Of a stretch of DNA of 64,000 nucleotides, positions 60,201-64,000 are shown piece after piece. The notes beneath the pieces were generated by a model. The model saw only the letters and a list, made by a program, of their open reading frames with translations, ran no database searches and had not been told where the DNA came from. Each line of letters starts with the position of its first letter. Positions within the stretch are counted from its first letter, which is position 1. Both the position numbers and the translations under genes were made by a program. Source of the DNA: Balanoglossus misakiensis (Eukaryota > Animalia > Hemichordata); contig CM082591.2 in the NCBI GenBank assembly GCA_040954595.2, forward strand, positions 7,988,047-8,052,046, written 5' to 3'.

Positions 60201-63200
60201 CATGATTAGCACATGGATGTGTTTGAATGAGGCATTTTTGAAGACCTTTGAATTTTATAACGTGGAAAATCCTGAAGAAGAAAAAAAATATCTGGATGGA
60301 AACTTGATCTAACCAATGAAGAAATCCTAGAATCTCAGTTGCTCATGCTTTGTGCATGAATGTTAAGCATGATTAGCACATGGATGTGTTTGAATGAGGC
60401 ATTTTTGAAAGCCTTTGAATTTTATAACATGGAAAATCCTGAAGAAGAAAAAATATCTGGATGGAAACTTGATCTAACCAATGATGAAATCATAGAATCT
60501 CAGTTGCTCATGCTTTGTGCATGAATGTAAAGCATGATTAACACATGGATGTGTTTGAATGAGGCATTTTTGAAAGCCTTTGAATTTTATAACATGGAAA
60601 ATCCTGAAGAAAAAAAATATCTGGATAGAAACTTGATCTAACCAATGAAGAAATCCTAGAATCTCAGTTACTCATGCTTTGTGCATGAATGTAAAGCATG
60701 ATTAGCACATGGATGTGTTTGAATGAGGCATTTTTGAAAGCCTTTGAATTTTATAACGTGGAAAATCCTGAAGAAGAAAAAAAATATCTGGATGGAAACT
60801 TGATCTAACCAATGAAGAAATCCTAGAATCTCAGTTGCTCATGCTTTGTGCATGAATGTTAAGCATGATTAGCACATGGATGTGTTTGAATGAGGCATTT
60901 TTGAAAGCCTTTGAATTTTATAACGTGGAAAATCCTGAAGAAGAAAAAAAATATCTGGATGGAAACTTGATCTAACCAATGAAGAAATGCTAGAATCTCA
61001 GTTGCTCATGCTTTGTGCATGAATGTTAAGCACGATTAGCACATGGATGTGTTTGAATGAGGCATTTTTGAAAGCCTTTGAATTTTATAACATGGAAAAT
61101 CCTGAAGAAGAAAAAATATCTGGATGGAAACTTGATCTAACCAATGAAGAAATCATAGAATCTCAGTTGCTCATGCTTTGTGCATGAATGTAAGCATGAT
61201 TAGCACATGGATGTGTTTGAATGAGGCATTTTTGAAAGCCTTTGAATTTTATAACATGGAAAATCCTGAAGAAGAAAAAATATCTGGATGGAAACTTGAT
61301 CTAACCAATGAAGAAATCATAGAATCTCAGTTGCTCATGCTTTGTGCATTAATGTAAAGCATGATTAGCACATGGATGTGTTTGAATGAGGCATTTTTGA
61401 AAGCCTTTGAATTTTATAACATGGAAAATCCTGAAGAAAAAAAATATCTGGATGGAAACTTGATCTAACTAATGAAGAAATCCTAGAATCTCAGTTGCTC
61501 ATGCTTTGTGCATTAATGTAAAGCATGATTAGCACATGGATGTGTTTGAATGAGGCATTTTTGAAAGCCTTTGAATTTTATAACATGGAAAATCCTGAAG
61601 AAGAAAAAATATCTGGATGGAAACTTGATCTAACCAATGAAGAATTCCTAGAATCTCAGTTGCTCATGCTTTGTGCATGAATGTAAAGCATGATTAGCAC
61701 ATGGATGTGTTTGAATGAGGCATTTATGAAAGCCTTTGAATTTTATAACATGGAAAATCCTGAAGAAGAAAAATTATCTGGATGGAAACTTGATCTAACC
61801 AATGAAGAAATCCTAGAATCTCAGTTGCTTATGCTTTGTGCATGAATGTAAAGCATGATTAGCACATGGATGTGTTTGAATCAGGCATTTTTGAAAGCCT
61901 TTGAATTTTATAACATGGAAAATCCTGAAGAAGAAAAAATATCTGGATGGAAACTTGATCTAACTAATGAAGAAATCCTAGAATCTCAGTTGCTCATGCT
62001 TTGTGCATTAATGTAAAGCATGATTAGCACATGGATGTGTTTGAATGAGGCATTTTTGAAAGCCTTTGAATTTTATAACATGGAAAATCCTGAAGAAGAA
62101 AAAATATCTGGATGGAAACTTGATCTAACCAATGAAGAATTCCTAGAATCTCAGTTGCTCATGCTTTGTGCATGAATGTAAAGCATGATTAGCACATGGA
62201 TGTGTTTGAATGAGGCATTTATGAAAGCCTTTGAATTTTATAACATGGAAAATCCTGAAGAAGAAAAATTATCTGGATGGAAACTTGATCTAACCAATGA
62301 AGAAATCCTAGAATCTCAGTTGCTTATGCTTTGTGCATGAATGTAAAGCATGATTAGCACATGGATGTGTTTGAATCAGGCATTTTTGAAAGCCTTTGAA
62401 TTTTATAACATGGAAAATCCTGAAGAAGAAAAAATATCTGGATGGAAACTTGATCTAACTAATGAAGAAATCCTAGAATCTCAGTTGCTCATGCTTTGTG
62501 CATTAATGTAAAGCATGATTAGCACATGGATGTGTTTGAATGAGGCATTTTTGAAAGCCTTTGAATTTTATAACATGGAAAATCCTGAAGAAGAAAAATT
62601 ATCTGGATGGAAACTTGATCTAACCAATGAAGAAATCCTATAATCTCAGTTGCTCATGCTTTGTGCATGAATGTAAAGCATGATTAACACATGGATGTGT
62701 TTGAATGAGGCATTTTTGAAAGCCTTTGAATTTTATAACATGGAAAATCCTGAAGAAAAAAAATATCTGGATAGAAACTTGATCTAACCAATGAAGAAAT
62801 CCTAGAATCTCAGTTGCTCATGCTTTGTGCATGAATGTTAAGCATGATTAGCACATGGATGTGTTTGAATGAGGCATTTTTGAAAGCCTTTGAATTTTAT
62901 AACGTGGAAAATCCTGAAGAAGAAAAAAAATATCTGGATGGAAACTTGATCTAACCAATGAAGAAATCCTATAATCTCAGTTGCTCATGCTTTGTGCATG
63001 AATGTAAAGCATGATTAACACATGGATGTGTTTGAATGAGGCATTTTTGAAAGCCTTTGAATTTTATAACATGGAAAATCCTGAAGAAAAAAAATATCTG
63101 GATAGAAACTTGATCTAACCAATGAAGAAATCCTAGAATCTCAGTTGCTCATGCTTTGTGCATGAATGTTAAGCATGATTAGCACATGGATGTGTTTGAA

Positions 63201-64000
63201 TGAGGCATTTTTGAAAGCCTTTGAATTTTATAACATGGAAAATCCTGAAGAAGAAAAAATATCTGGATGGAAACTTGATCTAACCAATGAAGAAATCATA
63301 GAATCTCAGTTGCTCATGCTTTGTGCATGAATGTAAAGCATGATTAGCACATGGATGTGTTTGAATGAGGCATTTTTGAAAGCCTTTGAATTTTATAACA
63401 TGGAAAATCCTGAAGAAGAAAAAATATCTGGATGGAAACTTGATCTAACCAATGAAGAAATCCTAGAATCTCAGTTGCTCATGCTTTGTGCATGAATGTA
63501 AAGCATGATTAGCACATGGATGTGTTTGAATGAGGCATTTTTGAAAGCCTTTGAATCTTATAACATGGAAAATCCTGAAGAACAAAAAATATCTGGATGG
63601 AAACTTGATCTAACCAATGAAGAAATCCCAGAATCTCAGTTGCTCATGCTTTGTGCATGAATGTAAAGCATGATTATCACATGGATGTGTTTGAATGAGG
63701 CATTTTTGAAAGCCTTTGAATTTTATAACATGGAAAATCCTGAAGAAGAAAAAATATCTGGATGGAAACTTGATCTAACCAATGAAGAAATCCTATAATC
63801 TCAGTTGCTCATGCTTTGTGCATGAATGTAAGCATGATTATCACATGGATGTGTTTGAATGAGGCATTTTTGAAAGCCTTTGAATTTTATAACGTGGAAA
63901 ATCCTGAAGAAGAAAAAATATCTGGATGGAAACTTGATCTAACCAATGAAGAAATCATAGAATCTCAGTTGCCCATGCTTTGTGCATGAATGTAAAGCAT
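57209..64000. repeat. Tandem segmental duplication, unit C (partial)
   Basis: 57209-58724 matches 1-1510 and 34051-35570, then enters the expanded 165-bp array. Confidence 0.93.
58723..64000. repeat. 165-bp satellite array, at least 32 copies, running off the window
   Basis: Period 165 (the same phase recurs at 59221, 60871 and 61531); monomers are highly similar. Confidence 0.98.

Noticed and set aside
58723-64000. CRISPR-like array
   Set aside because: Monomers are contiguous 165-bp repeats with no unique spacers and no cas genes, in a eukaryotic context.

Overview
AT-rich eukaryotic DNA with spliceosomal introns and many MITEs and retroelements. The gene and repeat content suggests a marine invertebrate, possibly a deuterostome (inference). 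The window is a tandem segmental array: unit A is 1-34050, unit B is 34051-57208, and unit C starts at 57209 and runs off the end. Units A and B each carry an intact multi-exon minus-strand gene that I reconstructed from GT-AG splice sites, with consistent phases (A: 10 coding exons, ~1704 aa; B: 8 exons, ~1470 aa). The architecture is [1-2 extra glycosyltransferase N-lobe modules]-GT4-like GT-B domain with degenerate catalytic motifs-TRADD-N-like domain-unknown ~140 aa region-coiled coil-low-complexity spacer-NHL beta-propeller. The NHL exons differ almost only by amino-acid-changing substitutions at blade-start and loop positions, which suggests a diversifying innate-immune receptor family. 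Upstream of the genes are a truncated DIRS-type retrotransposon with a triplicated 1.57 kb segment (A only), a Rex1/Babar-type LINE nested in a decayed Tx1/L1-type LINE (A and B), and many MITEs. There is also a family of TSD-less long-hairpin elements that occurs as flip and flop isomers. A 165-bp sequence present once in B and three times in A is expanded to a satellite of at least 32 copies in unit C. All domain assignments are by-eye motif recognition, not database results.
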